Assembly: GCA_949451605.1 (NCBI GenBank)
Contig: CASTSB010000003.1
Span: 33,326 to 97,325 of the forward strand
Source of the DNA: an uncultured Bacilli bacterium
Lineage (GTDB): Bacteria > Bacillota_I > Bacilli_A > RF39 > UBA660
DNA length: 64,000 nucleotides
Direction of reading: 5' to 3'
A model generated the notes under the pieces. It saw only the letters and a program-made list of their open reading frames with translations. It was not told the origin of the DNA and did not search any database. This document shows positions 1 through 8,936 of the stretch, piece by piece. The translations under genes were made by a program, and so were the position numbers. Each line of letters opens with the position of its first letter. Positions within the stretch are counted from its first letter, which is position 1.

Positions 1-474
1 ATTCAAAATAGAATGCTAAGTGATTATTTAAATTCTATTTTAGATAGCAATATTAATTTTAAAATAGCAGCAAATCTTTTACTAGGAGATATTTCAGCAT
101 ACTTAAATAAAGAAGAAACTGTTTTAAATAAGACTACTCTTACTACTGAAAGATTTATAGACCTTGTAAATTTAATGGATAATGAAACATTAACTAGTAA
201 GAATCTAAAAGATATATTAAATAAAGTTATGGAATCAAATGACAGTATAGAAAATATTATTAAAGAATCAGGAGTTCAAAACATAACTGATGATAGTGCT
301 ATTAAAGAAACAGTAAAGAAAATCATAAATGAAAATCCTAAATCTGTACAAGATTATAAAGAAGGGCATGATAGAGCAGTAAAATTTTTGATGGGACAAA
401 TAATGAAAGAAACTAAAGGTTCCGTAAATCCAAAAATGGCTATGGATATATTAATTCAAGAATTAAATATATAG
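1..474 (+). CDS. gatB: Asp/Glu-tRNA amidotransferase subunit B, C-terminal fragment (5' end outside window)
   Basis: Frame is open from nt 1. Tail ...DYKEGHDRAVKFLMGQIMKETKGSVNPKMAMDIL... matches the GatB/YqeY helical tail domain. Confidence 0.75.
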   Translation: MQNRMLSDYLNSILDSNINFKIAANLLLGDISAYLNKEETVLNKTTLTTERFIDLVNLMDNETLTSKNLKDILNKVMESNDSIENIIKESGVQNITDDSAIKETVKKIINENPKSVQDYKEGHDRAVKFLMGQIMKETKGSVNPKMAMDILIQELNI

Positions 475-535
475 AAGTTGAAAACATATAGTTAAATAGT
501 GTATAATTAATACTATATTAGGATGTGAAAATTAA

Positions 536-1009
536 ATGAAAAATGTAACCAAATTTATAAAAAATCATAAATTACTAATTTTACTAAGTATATTAGTAAT
601 ACTTTTTCTAATATTTTGTTTAAAACTAGTTTTAACTTTTACTCAAAGTGATGAAGTGGTATTTTATGGAAAAAGATTAGAAAATGCTCCTAAAGATGCT
701 AAAATAAATAAAGACGAAAAATCAAAGAAAGTATCTGAAAAACTTTCTGAAGATGCTAAAAATGCCACAGTAAGAGTACAAGGAAGAATCATTAATATTA
801 TTATAAATTTAAAAGATGATGCTTCTCGTGATAAAGGAAAAGAATGTGCTAAAAGATCATTAGAAGAATTTTCTGACAAAGAAAAAGAATATTACGATTT
901 TCAATTTTTTATAAATAGAACTAGTGAAAAAGAAGATTCAAATCAATTCCCATTTATAGGATACAAACATCATACAAAAGCTGAGATAAATTGGGCAAAA
1001 GATAGATAA
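536..1009 (+). CDS. hypothetical N-terminally membrane-anchored protein
   Basis: AGGATGTGA RBS-like purine tract upstream. One hydrophobic segment (LLILLSILVILFLIFCL) followed by a charged Lys/Glu-rich domain. No motif recognised. Confidence 0.5.
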   Translation: MKNVTKFIKNHKLLILLSILVILFLIFCLKLVLTFTQSDEVVFYGKRLENAPKDAKINKDEKSKKVSEKLSEDAKNATVRVQGRIINIIINLKDDASRDKGKECAKRSLEEFSDKEKEYYDFQFFINRTSEKEDSNQFPFIGYKHHTKAEINWAKDR

Positions 1010-1020
1010 GAGGAATAATT

Positions 1021-3060
1021 ATGAAAAAAAAATTAATAATTATAATTCCACTTTTAATAGCAGTAATAACATTTGTATTTGTTTATAGATATTATAATAA
1101 AGAAGATGCAACCACAACATTAACTGTTAAAGAAAAAAAGTGGGTAACTGAAAATAAAGATGAAAGATACGACTTTGAAATAATAAATGATTACCCATTA
1201 TATGGACATGACGGAACTGGCGTATTTTTCGATTTTATAGATGATTTCGAACAAAATGTCGGAGTTGAATTTAATAAAATTTCTTATTTAAAAAATTCTA
1301 CTCCAACAGAAAATAGCTTTAGAATCAGAATTTTAGATAATGAAGCTAAATTAAGTGATAAAGATTTACCTTTATTTATAGACAACTATATTGTTATAGG
1401 AAAAACTTATAAAAGAATAAATCATATAAAAGATTTTAAAAATGTAACTTTTGGTGTTTTTAATGAGGATTCTCAAGAAATAAGCTATTATTTAAAAAGT
1501 GGGTCTTCACTTTCATATAAAACATACGATACAATAGAAAACCTATACAGTGCTCTAGATAAAGGCGAAGTTGATATGATAGTAACACCAAGTATAATGT
1601 ATTTAGATTATATAATCAAAAACAATTCTTATTCTATAAATTATTATTTAGTTGAAATGAAAAAACAAATTGTTTTAACATTAAGTGATGATAATGAACA
1701 ATTAAATCAAATTGTAAAAAAATATTATAATAAATGGCGTCAAACTAAATATTTAAAAAAGTATAATGAAGAATATATAAATTATTATGCAGAAAAGAAT
1801 AATATTAGTGCTAAAGAAAAAGCAGCTTTAGTTTCTAAAAATTATGTATATGGATACATTGAAAATATTCCGTATGAAAAAACACAAAATGGAAAAATAG
1901 TAGGAATAGCTGGTGAATATTTAAATAGACTTACAAGACTTGCTGATATACATTTTGAGTTAAAAAAGTTTGATTCCAAAAAAGAGTTAAATGAGGCTGT
2001 TGAAAAAGGTGAAGTTGATGTATACTTTGACTACTATAACTTTGGTGGAGATCAATATTTAGAAACATTATCAACTTTTATTGAAGATTATGTAATTATA
2101 GGAAAACAAAAATTTAATCATATTGTAAATTCATTTGAAAGTTTAAAAGGAAAAGATTTAGTAATGTTAAAAGATAAATCTTTATACAGCTATTTTTCTA
2201 ATAATTCTAGAGCTAATATTAAAGGATATGAAAATTTAGATAAATTATTAGAAAATGCTAAAGACAAATTAATAGCTCTAGATTATGAATTATATTGTTA
2301 TTATCAAAATTCTAAGTTTAAAGATTATAACTTTTTATATCGAGATACAATGATGAATGATTATAAGTTTATGGTAAAAAAAGATAATGAAGCTTTTTAT
2401 AACTTATTTAATTATATAATTAATACTAACTCATACTACAATTATAGAAATAATGGATTACAAGCTTTAAATAGTTCAATATTAAAAGATTCTACTTTAG
2501 AACAAGCATATATGATTGTTTTAACTATAATTTTCTTGCCACTAGGAATAGTTGGTATATTCTATTTAATACTTAAAAAGAAAAAACAAGTTAAAAAAAT
2601 AAAGATTTCTGATCGACAAAAATATACAGATATGCTTACTTCATTAAAAAACAGAAATTATTTAAATGCAAAGATTCCTGAATGGGAAGACACTCAAGTA
2701 TTTCCACAATCAATTGTAGTTGTTGATTTAAATAGTGTAAAATATGTAAATGATAATTATGGCCATGAAGAAGGCGATCAATTAATCATTAAGGCTGCAG
2801 GAATCCTTGTAAATACTCAACTTGAAAATAGTGAGATAATAAGAACTGATGGAAATGAATTCTTAATTTATTTAGTTGGATATAGTGAAAGACAAATTAA
2901 TACATATACAAAAAAATTATCTAAAGAAATGAAAACACTTCCATATGAATTTGGAGCTGCAGTAGGCTATAGCATGATTAATGATGAAATTAAAACTATA
3001 GATGATGCAATTAATGAAGCAACTATCGAAATGATAGCAAATAAAGAAGAATATAAATAA
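1021..3060 (+). CDS. membrane sensor with two solute-binding-protein-like extracytoplasmic domains and a C-terminal degenerate GGDEF domain
   Basis: N-terminal TM, about 480 aa of extracytoplasmic region with SBP family-3-like stretches, then a second TM (IVLTIIFLPLGIVGIFYLIL). GGDEF-domain core DLNSVKYVNDNYGHEEGDQLI...RTDGNEFLIYL, where the GGDEF box reads DGNEF. Confidence 0.7.
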   Translation: MKKKLIIIIPLLIAVITFVFVYRYYNKEDATTTLTVKEKKWVTENKDERYDFEIINDYPLYGHDGTGVFFDFIDDFEQNVGVEFNKISYLKNSTPTENSFRIRILDNEAKLSDKDLPLFIDNYIVIGKTYKRINHIKDFKNVTFGVFNEDSQEISYYLKSGSSLSYKTYDTIENLYSALDKGEVDMIVTPSIMYLDYIIKNNSYSINYYLVEMKKQIVLTLSDDNEQLNQIVKKYYNKWRQTKYLKKYNEEYINYYAEKNNISAKEKAALVSKNYVYGYIENIPYEKTQNGKIVGIAGEYLNRLTRLADIHFELKKFDSKKELNEAVEKGEVDVYFDYYNFGGDQYLETLSTFIEDYVIIGKQKFNHIVNSFESLKGKDLVMLKDKSLYSYFSNNSRANIKGYENLDKLLENAKDKLIALDYELYCYYQNSKFKDYNFLYRDTMMNDYKFMVKKDNEAFYNLFNYIINTNSYYNYRNNGLQALNSSILKDSTLEQAYMIVLTIIFLPLGIVGIFYLILKKKKQVKKIKISDRQKYTDMLTSLKNRNYLNAKIPEWEDTQVFPQSIVVVDLNSVKYVNDNYGHEEGDQLIIKAAGILVNTQLENSEIIRTDGNEFLIYLVGYSERQINTYTKKLSKEMKTLPYEFGAAVGYSMINDEIKTIDDAINEATIEMIANKEEYK

Positions 3061-3071
3061 GGGTGAGAATA

Positions 3072-3887
3072 ATGGAAAGAGCAAGAGGTTTTTTAAAAAA
3101 AATAATAAAAATATTTAAAAAGCCAGAGATGAGGATACTTCCTGGTCAACTTGCTTTTTTTCTTGTTTTAACAATAATCCCATTAGCTGCACTACTTGGA
3201 GCGTTAGCATCAAGGCTTGCTATTCCCACAAAAGCATTAGAAGACATAGTATCTGGTGTTTTACCAGGTGGAGTAATAGATTTAATTCTAGAAGTTGTAA
3301 GCCCTAAAGCTGTAAATTTTAATATTGCCATATTTTTTATTTCAGCTTTTATCTTAGCTTCTAATGGTCCACATTCAATGATAATAACTTCAAATGAAAT
3401 CTATAAAATAGAATCTAAAAACATATTAAAAAGAAGAATGAAAGCTATTGCAATGACGCTTGTAATAGCAGGCTTAATGCTAGTACTATTTCTAATTCCT
3501 ATTTGTGGAGATTATATTTTTGAAATAATAAAGCATAATGTTTATAACCCTAAACTAATCGATTCTTTATATATAATGTATCAGTTAATTAAGTATCCAG
3601 TTTTAATAATAATTTTTTACTATAATATTAAACTTTTATATGTAATTGCTCCTGATGAACCAATAAATTCTAATACTACTACATCAGGAACCATATTCAC
3701 AACTATTGGATGGATAATTTCAACCGAGATATTTTCATTTTATATTGGAACTTTCACAAGTTATGACAAATTTTATGGTAGTATTTCTAATATAATTATA
3801 TTATTACTATGGATTTATATGTTATCTTATATTTTTGTATTTGGAATGATAATTAATGCAGGAAATGAACAGTTACAATCAAAGTAG
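3072..3887 (+). CDS. YihY/BrkB family membrane protein
   Basis: LPGQLAFFLVLTIIPL N-terminal signature and about six TM segments. ATG at 3072 sits 6 nt after GGGTGA; the track ORF begins at GTG 3063. Confidence 0.7.
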   Translation: MERARGFLKKIIKIFKKPEMRILPGQLAFFLVLTIIPLAALLGALASRLAIPTKALEDIVSGVLPGGVIDLILEVVSPKAVNFNIAIFFISAFILASNGPHSMIITSNEIYKIESKNILKRRMKAIAMTLVIAGLMLVLFLIPICGDYIFEIIKHNVYNPKLIDSLYIMYQLIKYPVLIIIFYYNIKLLYVIAPDEPINSNTTTSGTIFTTIGWIISTEIFSFYIGTFTSYDKFYGSISNIIILLLWIYMLSYIFVFGMIINAGNEQLQSK

Positions 3888-3909
3888 TCAAAAAGCTTGA
3901 CTACTTTTA
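3884..3909 (+). terminator. intrinsic terminator
   Basis: GTAGTCAA-AAAGC-TTGACTAC followed by TTTT. The stem includes the stop codon of the YihY-like gene. Confidence 0.55.
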
Positions 3910-3951
3910 CTTTGTATGATATTAGGTAATATTGAAATTGATTTTTAATAA

Positions 3952-3960
3952 TGATATAAT
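3952..3960 (+). promoter_or_regulatory. extended -10 element TGATATAAT
   Basis: 21 nt upstream of the LtaS-family gene start, just after the terminator at 3884. Confidence 0.45.
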
Positions 3961-3980
3961 AAAATAAGTGAGGTAGTGAA

Positions 3981-6044
3981 ATGAAAAAAGTTAAAATACT
4001 ATTTAATAGATTAATAGAAAAAACAAAAAAAAATATTAAAAGAGTTAAAACAGAACATCTAATAAAAAACTATTTTAAAGAAAATGTTTTATTTTTAGTT
4101 TTTGTTTTTACAGTAGTACTAAATTCTACAGTACTTAGATTCTTTTGTATGCCAACAGTAGAAAATTATTTATCATTTAAAGCTGTTTTTGCAGATTTAA
4201 CAATAGCTATTATTATAGGTTCATTTGGCTATTTATGTAAGCCTAAGAATAGATTTATTTATTTTTTAGTTTTTGATATTATTTTATCAGCAATTTGTAT
4301 GATTAATTCTGCTTATTATACATTCTATACATCATTTGCATCAGTATCAATGTTATCGCTTACTCAATATATTGGAGATGTTGGTGATGCAGTAGTAGAA
4401 AATGTAATTCAACTTAAAGATTTATTTTATGTAATAGGACCATTATTACTAATATTAACTCAATATAGATTAAAGAAGAAAAATTATTTAAAGAAAATAG
4501 AAGTTAAATCTGATAGAAAAAGAAAAATGACTTCAACTTTAGCAGTAGGCATTGTAATGGCTTTTTGTTATTTAATAACTCTATCTTCATTAGACGTCAC
4601 TAGACTAGTAAAACAATGGAATAAAGAGTATATAGTTATGAGATTTGGTATTTATATTTATCAAGCTAATGATTTAGTTACTTCAATACAACCTAAAATA
4701 AATTCAATGTTTGGTTATGATAAAGCAAAAAAAGAATTTGATGATTATTTTAAAGAAAAAAGTGATGTACCACAAACTAATCAATATACTAATATTTTTC
4801 AGGGAAAAAATGTTATAGTTATTCATGCAGAAAGTGTAATGAATAATGTATTAGGTTTAGAGTTTAATGGGCAAGAAGTAACTCCAACTCTTAATAAATT
4901 ATCAAAAGAAGGAATGTATTTTTCCAACTTTTATTCAGAAGTAAGTGTTGGAACAAGTAGTGATACAGAATTAACTTATAATACATCTCTAATGCCAACT
5001 AAGAGTGGCACAGCTTTTGTATCTTATTCTGATAGAACATATAATTCTACACCAAAGTATTTAGCTGATAAAGGTTATTACACATTTAGCGTTCATGCAA
5101 ATAATGCTGACTTTTGGAATAGAAGGGCAATGCATAATACTTTAGGATATAAAAAATTTATTAGTAAAAGTGACTTTGAAGTAACTCCAGAAACAACAAT
5201 TGGCTTAGGTCTTTCTGATAAAGAGTTTTTTAAGCAAGTTATACCAAAATTAGTTAAAATAAATAAAAAACATGAAAATTGGTATGGTACATTTATAACA
5301 CTTACTAATCACACTCCATTTTCAGATGTTGAAAAGTATGGTGAATTTGATGTTTCATTAAAAGAGACAGTTACTCATGAAGATGGAACTCAAGAAGAAG
5401 TAGTTCATCCCTATATGGAAGGAACTAAATTAGGTAATTATTTTAAATCAATTCATTATGCTGATGCTGCTTTAGGAGAATTCCTAGAAGCTTTAGAAAA
5501 AGAAGGATTACTAGATAATGCAATATTTGTTTTATATGGAGACCATGATGCAAGATTACCAAGAGCTGACTATAATAAATTATATAATTACAATAAGGAA
5601 ACACATGAGGCAATAGAAGAGGGAGATCCTAACTATATAGATTATGATTCTTATCAATATGAGTTAGGAAGAAAGGTACCGTTTATAATTTGGTCAAAAG
5701 ATATGGCAGGTACTAATCTAAACTTTGAAGTTACTGATGTAATGGGAATGATAGATGTTCAACCAACTCTTGGTAATATGCTAGGTTTTTATAACAGATA
5801 CCAATTAGGAAATGATATTTTCAACAATAGAGGTCAAAATGTAGTAGTATTCCCTAATGGAAATTGGGTAAGTGATAAAGTATATTATAATAGCCAAAAA
5901 GGAGAATACTTATCTCTAACAAATGAAGCTATAAGTGAAGAATATATAAAAGAAAAAAGTGAATATGCCACAAGCTTGTTAGATGTATCTAATAATATAA
6001 TTGTCTTCAACTTATTAAAAACTGATTCAATGGAAGAAGAATAA
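3981..6044 (+). CDS. LTA synthase (LtaS) family phosphoglycerol transferase / sulfatase-fold protein
   Basis: Five N-terminal TM segments followed by an extracellular sulfatase-like domain. Contains VIVIHAESV, SVGTSSDTEL (LtaS catalytic Thr box GxTSDxE), TLTNHTPF and YGDHD. Confidence 0.8.
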   Translation: MKKVKILFNRLIEKTKKNIKRVKTEHLIKNYFKENVLFLVFVFTVVLNSTVLRFFCMPTVENYLSFKAVFADLTIAIIIGSFGYLCKPKNRFIYFLVFDIILSAICMINSAYYTFYTSFASVSMLSLTQYIGDVGDAVVENVIQLKDLFYVIGPLLLILTQYRLKKKNYLKKIEVKSDRKRKMTSTLAVGIVMAFCYLITLSSLDVTRLVKQWNKEYIVMRFGIYIYQANDLVTSIQPKINSMFGYDKAKKEFDDYFKEKSDVPQTNQYTNIFQGKNVIVIHAESVMNNVLGLEFNGQEVTPTLNKLSKEGMYFSNFYSEVSVGTSSDTELTYNTSLMPTKSGTAFVSYSDRTYNSTPKYLADKGYYTFSVHANNADFWNRRAMHNTLGYKKFISKSDFEVTPETTIGLGLSDKEFFKQVIPKLVKINKKHENWYGTFITLTNHTPFSDVEKYGEFDVSLKETVTHEDGTQEEVVHPYMEGTKLGNYFKSIHYADAALGEFLEALEKEGLLDNAIFVLYGDHDARLPRADYNKLYNYNKETHEAIEEGDPNYIDYDSYQYELGRKVPFIIWSKDMAGTNLNFEVTDVMGMIDVQPTLGNMLGFYNRYQLGNDIFNNRGQNVVVFPNGNWVSDKVYYNSQKGEYLSLTNEAISEEYIKEKSEYATSLLDVSNNIIVFNLLKTDSMEEE

Positions 6045-6061
6045 AAGAAGGGAGACCTACA

Positions 6062-6688
6062 ATGAAATTAAAGAAAAAAGCAAAAGTTGCAATTGTAATT
6101 ATATTTATAATAATTTTATCAATATTTTCATTTGTAATATATAAGAAATATTTTTCAGTTCAAAAAGTTAAAGAAGCAAAAGTAATTAGTACCATAGAAG
6201 ATTATGGATATTCACTAAAAGATAATAAAAATGAAACATATAGAAAAATGTTTGACGAACTAAAGGAAATCTTACAAGAAAAAGAAGTTGATTATGAAAA
6301 ATATGCAAAAAAAATAAGTGAGATGTTCATCTATGATTTTTATTCATTAGAAGATAAGATTGCAAAAAATGATATTGGAGGTATTTCTTTTATACATAAA
6401 ACAGCACTACCAAACTTCTTAGAAAATGCTGAAAGTACATATTACAAATATGTAGAAAGTAATATTTATGGTAATAGAAAGCAATCACTTCCTATGGTTG
6501 ATAAAATAACTTTAGGAGAAATTGATAGAGTAGAATATGCCTATGGAGAAGATAAAACAGATGAAGAAGCATATGTTATTAAAGTAACATGGAACTATAC
6601 TAAAGATGAATTTTCAGATTATCAAAAAGAAGCTACTTTAACTTTAGTAAAAGAAGATAAAATACTATATATTGTTGAATTAAAGTAA
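6062..6688 (+). CDS. hypothetical N-terminally anchored protein
   Basis: GGGAGA RBS, a single TM (VAIVIIFIIILSIFSFVIY) and a soluble domain with no recognised motif. Probably co-transcribed with the LtaS-like gene. Confidence 0.5.
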   Translation: MKLKKKAKVAIVIIFIIILSIFSFVIYKKYFSVQKVKEAKVISTIEDYGYSLKDNKNETYRKMFDELKEILQEKEVDYEKYAKKISEMFIYDFYSLEDKIAKNDIGGISFIHKTALPNFLENAESTYYKYVESNIYGNRKQSLPMVDKITLGEIDRVEYAYGEDKTDEEAYVIKVTWNYTKDEFSDYQKEATLTLVKEDKILYIVELK

Positions 6689-6692
6689 AAAA

Positions 6693-6717
6693 AATATAGA
6701 GTTTAAACTCTATATTT
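6693..6717. terminator. bidirectional intrinsic terminator
   Basis: TATAGAGTT-TA-AACTCTATA palindrome flanked by an A-run and a T-run, between convergent genes (6688 + / 6720 -). Confidence 0.6.
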
Positions 6718-6719
6718 TT

Positions 6720-8729
6720 TTATTCATCAGGAGTTGTAACAGAATCTTTATCTTTCTCATCGGTATCAACATCTACAGAAGGTTTATCTTCAGATTCTTT
6801 ATCATCTTCTTTATCTGTTAGATCATTATCAGGTGTTGTAGAAGGTTTTTTATCTTTATCTGTTGTTGTTTTATCATTTGTTTGATTCTTATCTTTATCT
6901 TTACTATTTTGGGAAAGAGTTAAACTCAAACCTCCACTTATTTTATCAATTCTTTTACCAGCTGGAATACTTTGGTTTATTACATAACCACCAGTTCCAA
7001 CAAACGAACATCTAATACCAAGTCTCGTACAAGTTGCAGTTGCAGTAGCTTCAGAATCTCCTGTAAAATCAGGGAGTAGAGTATAACCATTACCACTCTT
7101 ATAAGGACCATATCCAATAACTTCTTTTTCATATACCTTATTAATTGAAAAACTAAATTCTTTGATAGGTTCAGTTTTAATTAACTCTAGATTTTGTTTC
7201 ATTGCTTGAATTATATCTTTACGACTATTTTGATTAGGAACATAATTATATAAAACTAATCTTGATCTTTCATCATAAATCATTTGACTACTTCCTTGAA
7301 GATATAGCCTTTCTATATTAACTAAGTTTGCTTCTTCAGTACTTAAGCTTTTTAAAATAATATCTTTAGCGACATTATAAAAAGATAATATTTGTTTTGT
7401 AGTAAAGTTAGTATCCATACTATTTGAAATTGTATTTAAAATTTCTAAAAATTTATTAACATCTTTAATTTCTTTTACTTTATTCATTAGTGCCATTACT
7501 AATATTTGTTGATGATAATTTCTACCAAAATCACCATTTGCAAGTTGCTTTCTATTTCTTGCATAAACTAGAGCTTGTTCACCATTTAAAACTTGTTTTC
7601 CTGGGTCGATACAAATTTCTTTCATTCTTCCAGAGTCATCAGTGCATAATCTCTTTTCTACATCAATTTCAACTCCACCAACAGCATCAACAAGTTTTAC
7701 AAGCCCCTTAAAATTGATTTTAGCATAGTAATCTATATTTACATCAAAATAGCTTTCTATAGTATTTATCATACAATCATTACCATAAGCTGCAGCATGA
7801 GTTATTTTGTTTTCTGCTTTATCTTTCCAACATGCAATAGGTACATAACTATCTCTTGGAATTGATAACATAGTAGCATTTAAAGTCTTAGGATTAAATG
7901 TAATAAGTATTAATGTATCTCCATTAGCAACAGCATTTTTAGCAAGTACCTCATCAGTCGAATCAATTCCCATTAAAAGGATAGTAAAAGGCTCTGTAAT
8001 ATTTTTTCCACTAGAAGCAAGTTCTGATTCAGATGAAGCTGACTTTTTCATCTTTTTACTCTTACTTATTATAACCTTTGTATCGGTTCCAATATGTTCA
8101 TATTCACTAATTGATGAAAATAAAGTTATATAATTCCCAGATACAAAACAAGCATCTACTTCACCTGCATATAAATCTACCACCATAGAAGTATAATCTG
8201 TATAATCAACAATTTCATTATCATCTTCTAAGTTATGTTCTTTAATAATTTCTTTAGGAATAATATTTCCCTCTACTGATTTTTCATCTTCTAGCATAGC
8301 TATTTTTAAATTTTTTACATCTTTTATATCCTTAACTTCAGAGCCAGCCGCAACAATTAAGTCAGAAGTGTAGGTAACAAATACTTTATTTAGGCTACTT
8401 ACTTCTCCATAAACATAATAAATTGCTCCACCTATAGCACTACAAACCAAAGAATATATAATCATAAATATTAAGATTCCAATATGCTTACTTTTCTTTT
8501 TAACTTTTCTTTTTTTATTACTTATAAGCTTCTTTATTTTTAAAATCATAAATAAATCTATAAAAATAAATAGAATAATAACAAAGTAACGAATACCATC
8601 TTCAATAGAACTAAGCAAAAATAATTCATATATAGAAAATGCACTAGTAACTAACGTAATAATCAAAAAAAATAAATAAATTGGCCAAAATTTAGGCCTT
8701 CCTTCTGTAATAATGTTTTTATCTGTCAT
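6720..8729 (-). CDS. LytR-CpsA-Psr (LCP) family cell-wall polymer ligase with C-terminal PASTA-like domain and charged low-complexity tail
   Basis: LCP core LLMGIDSTDE...DTLILITFNPKTLNATMLSIPRDSYVPI...GGVEIDV. N-terminal TMs. PASTA-like LLPDFTGDSEATATATCTRLGIRCSFVGTGGYVINQSIPAGKRI. ATG at 8729 lies 6 nt after AGGAGG; the track start at 8747 is inside or upstream of that RBS. Confidence 0.8.
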   Translation of the reverse strand: MTDKNIITEGRPKFWPIYLFFLIITLVTSAFSIYELFLLSSIEDGIRYFVIILFIFIDLFMILKIKKLISNKKRKVKKKSKHIGILIFMIIYSLVCSAIGGAIYYVYGEVSSLNKVFVTYTSDLIVAAGSEVKDIKDVKNLKIAMLEDEKSVEGNIIPKEIIKEHNLEDDNEIVDYTDYTSMVVDLYAGEVDACFVSGNYITLFSSISEYEHIGTDTKVIISKSKKMKKSASSESELASSGKNITEPFTILLMGIDSTDEVLAKNAVANGDTLILITFNPKTLNATMLSIPRDSYVPIACWKDKAENKITHAAAYGNDCMINTIESYFDVNIDYYAKINFKGLVKLVDAVGGVEIDVEKRLCTDDSGRMKEICIDPGKQVLNGEQALVYARNRKQLANGDFGRNYHQQILVMALMNKVKEIKDVNKFLEILNTISNSMDTNFTTKQILSFYNVAKDIILKSLSTEEANLVNIERLYLQGSSQMIYDERSRLVLYNYVPNQNSRKDIIQAMKQNLELIKTEPIKEFSFSINKVYEKEVIGYGPYKSGNGYTLLPDFTGDSEATATATCTRLGIRCSFVGTGGYVINQSIPAGKRIDKISGGLSLTLSQNSKDKDKNQTNDKTTTDKDKKPSTTPDNDLTDKEDDKESEDKPSVDVDTDEKDKDSVTTPDE

Positions 8730-8830
8730 AGAATGCCTCCTAAGCACAAAGTTCTATAATAAATTATAACGAATATAATAATAATTATCAACCACACCCA
8801 AAAGTATAAAAAAATGAATTTAAAATCTTT

Positions 8831-8850
8831 GTCAAATATTGTCAAATATT
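8831..8850 (+). promoter_or_regulatory. perfect tandem direct repeat GTCAAATATT x2 upstream of the glucosaminidase promoter
   Basis: TTGTCAAATATTGTCAAATATT lies about 45-65 nt upstream of the extended -10 at 8892-8900. This geometry is typical of response-regulator activator sites. Confidence 0.35.
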
Positions 8851-8891
8851 TAACTTAATTCAGAAAAGTAATTAAAAGCTCTTTCATAAAT

Positions 8892-8900
8892 TGCTATAAT
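8892..8900 (+). promoter_or_regulatory. extended -10 promoter element (TGCTATAAT) for the glucosaminidase gene
   Basis: TGnTATAAT, 37 nt upstream of the ATG at 8937. Confidence 0.45.
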
Positions 8901-8936
8901 ATAATAGAAATAATAACTATAAAAGATGGTGATTAA

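Noticed and set aside
8831-8850. Canonical WalR box upstream of the glucosaminidase gene
   Set aside because: The half-sites are TGTCAA with 10-nt periodicity, whereas the WalR consensus is TGTWAH-N5-TGTWAH (11-nt period, W at position 4). Reported only as a generic direct-repeat activator-site candidate.
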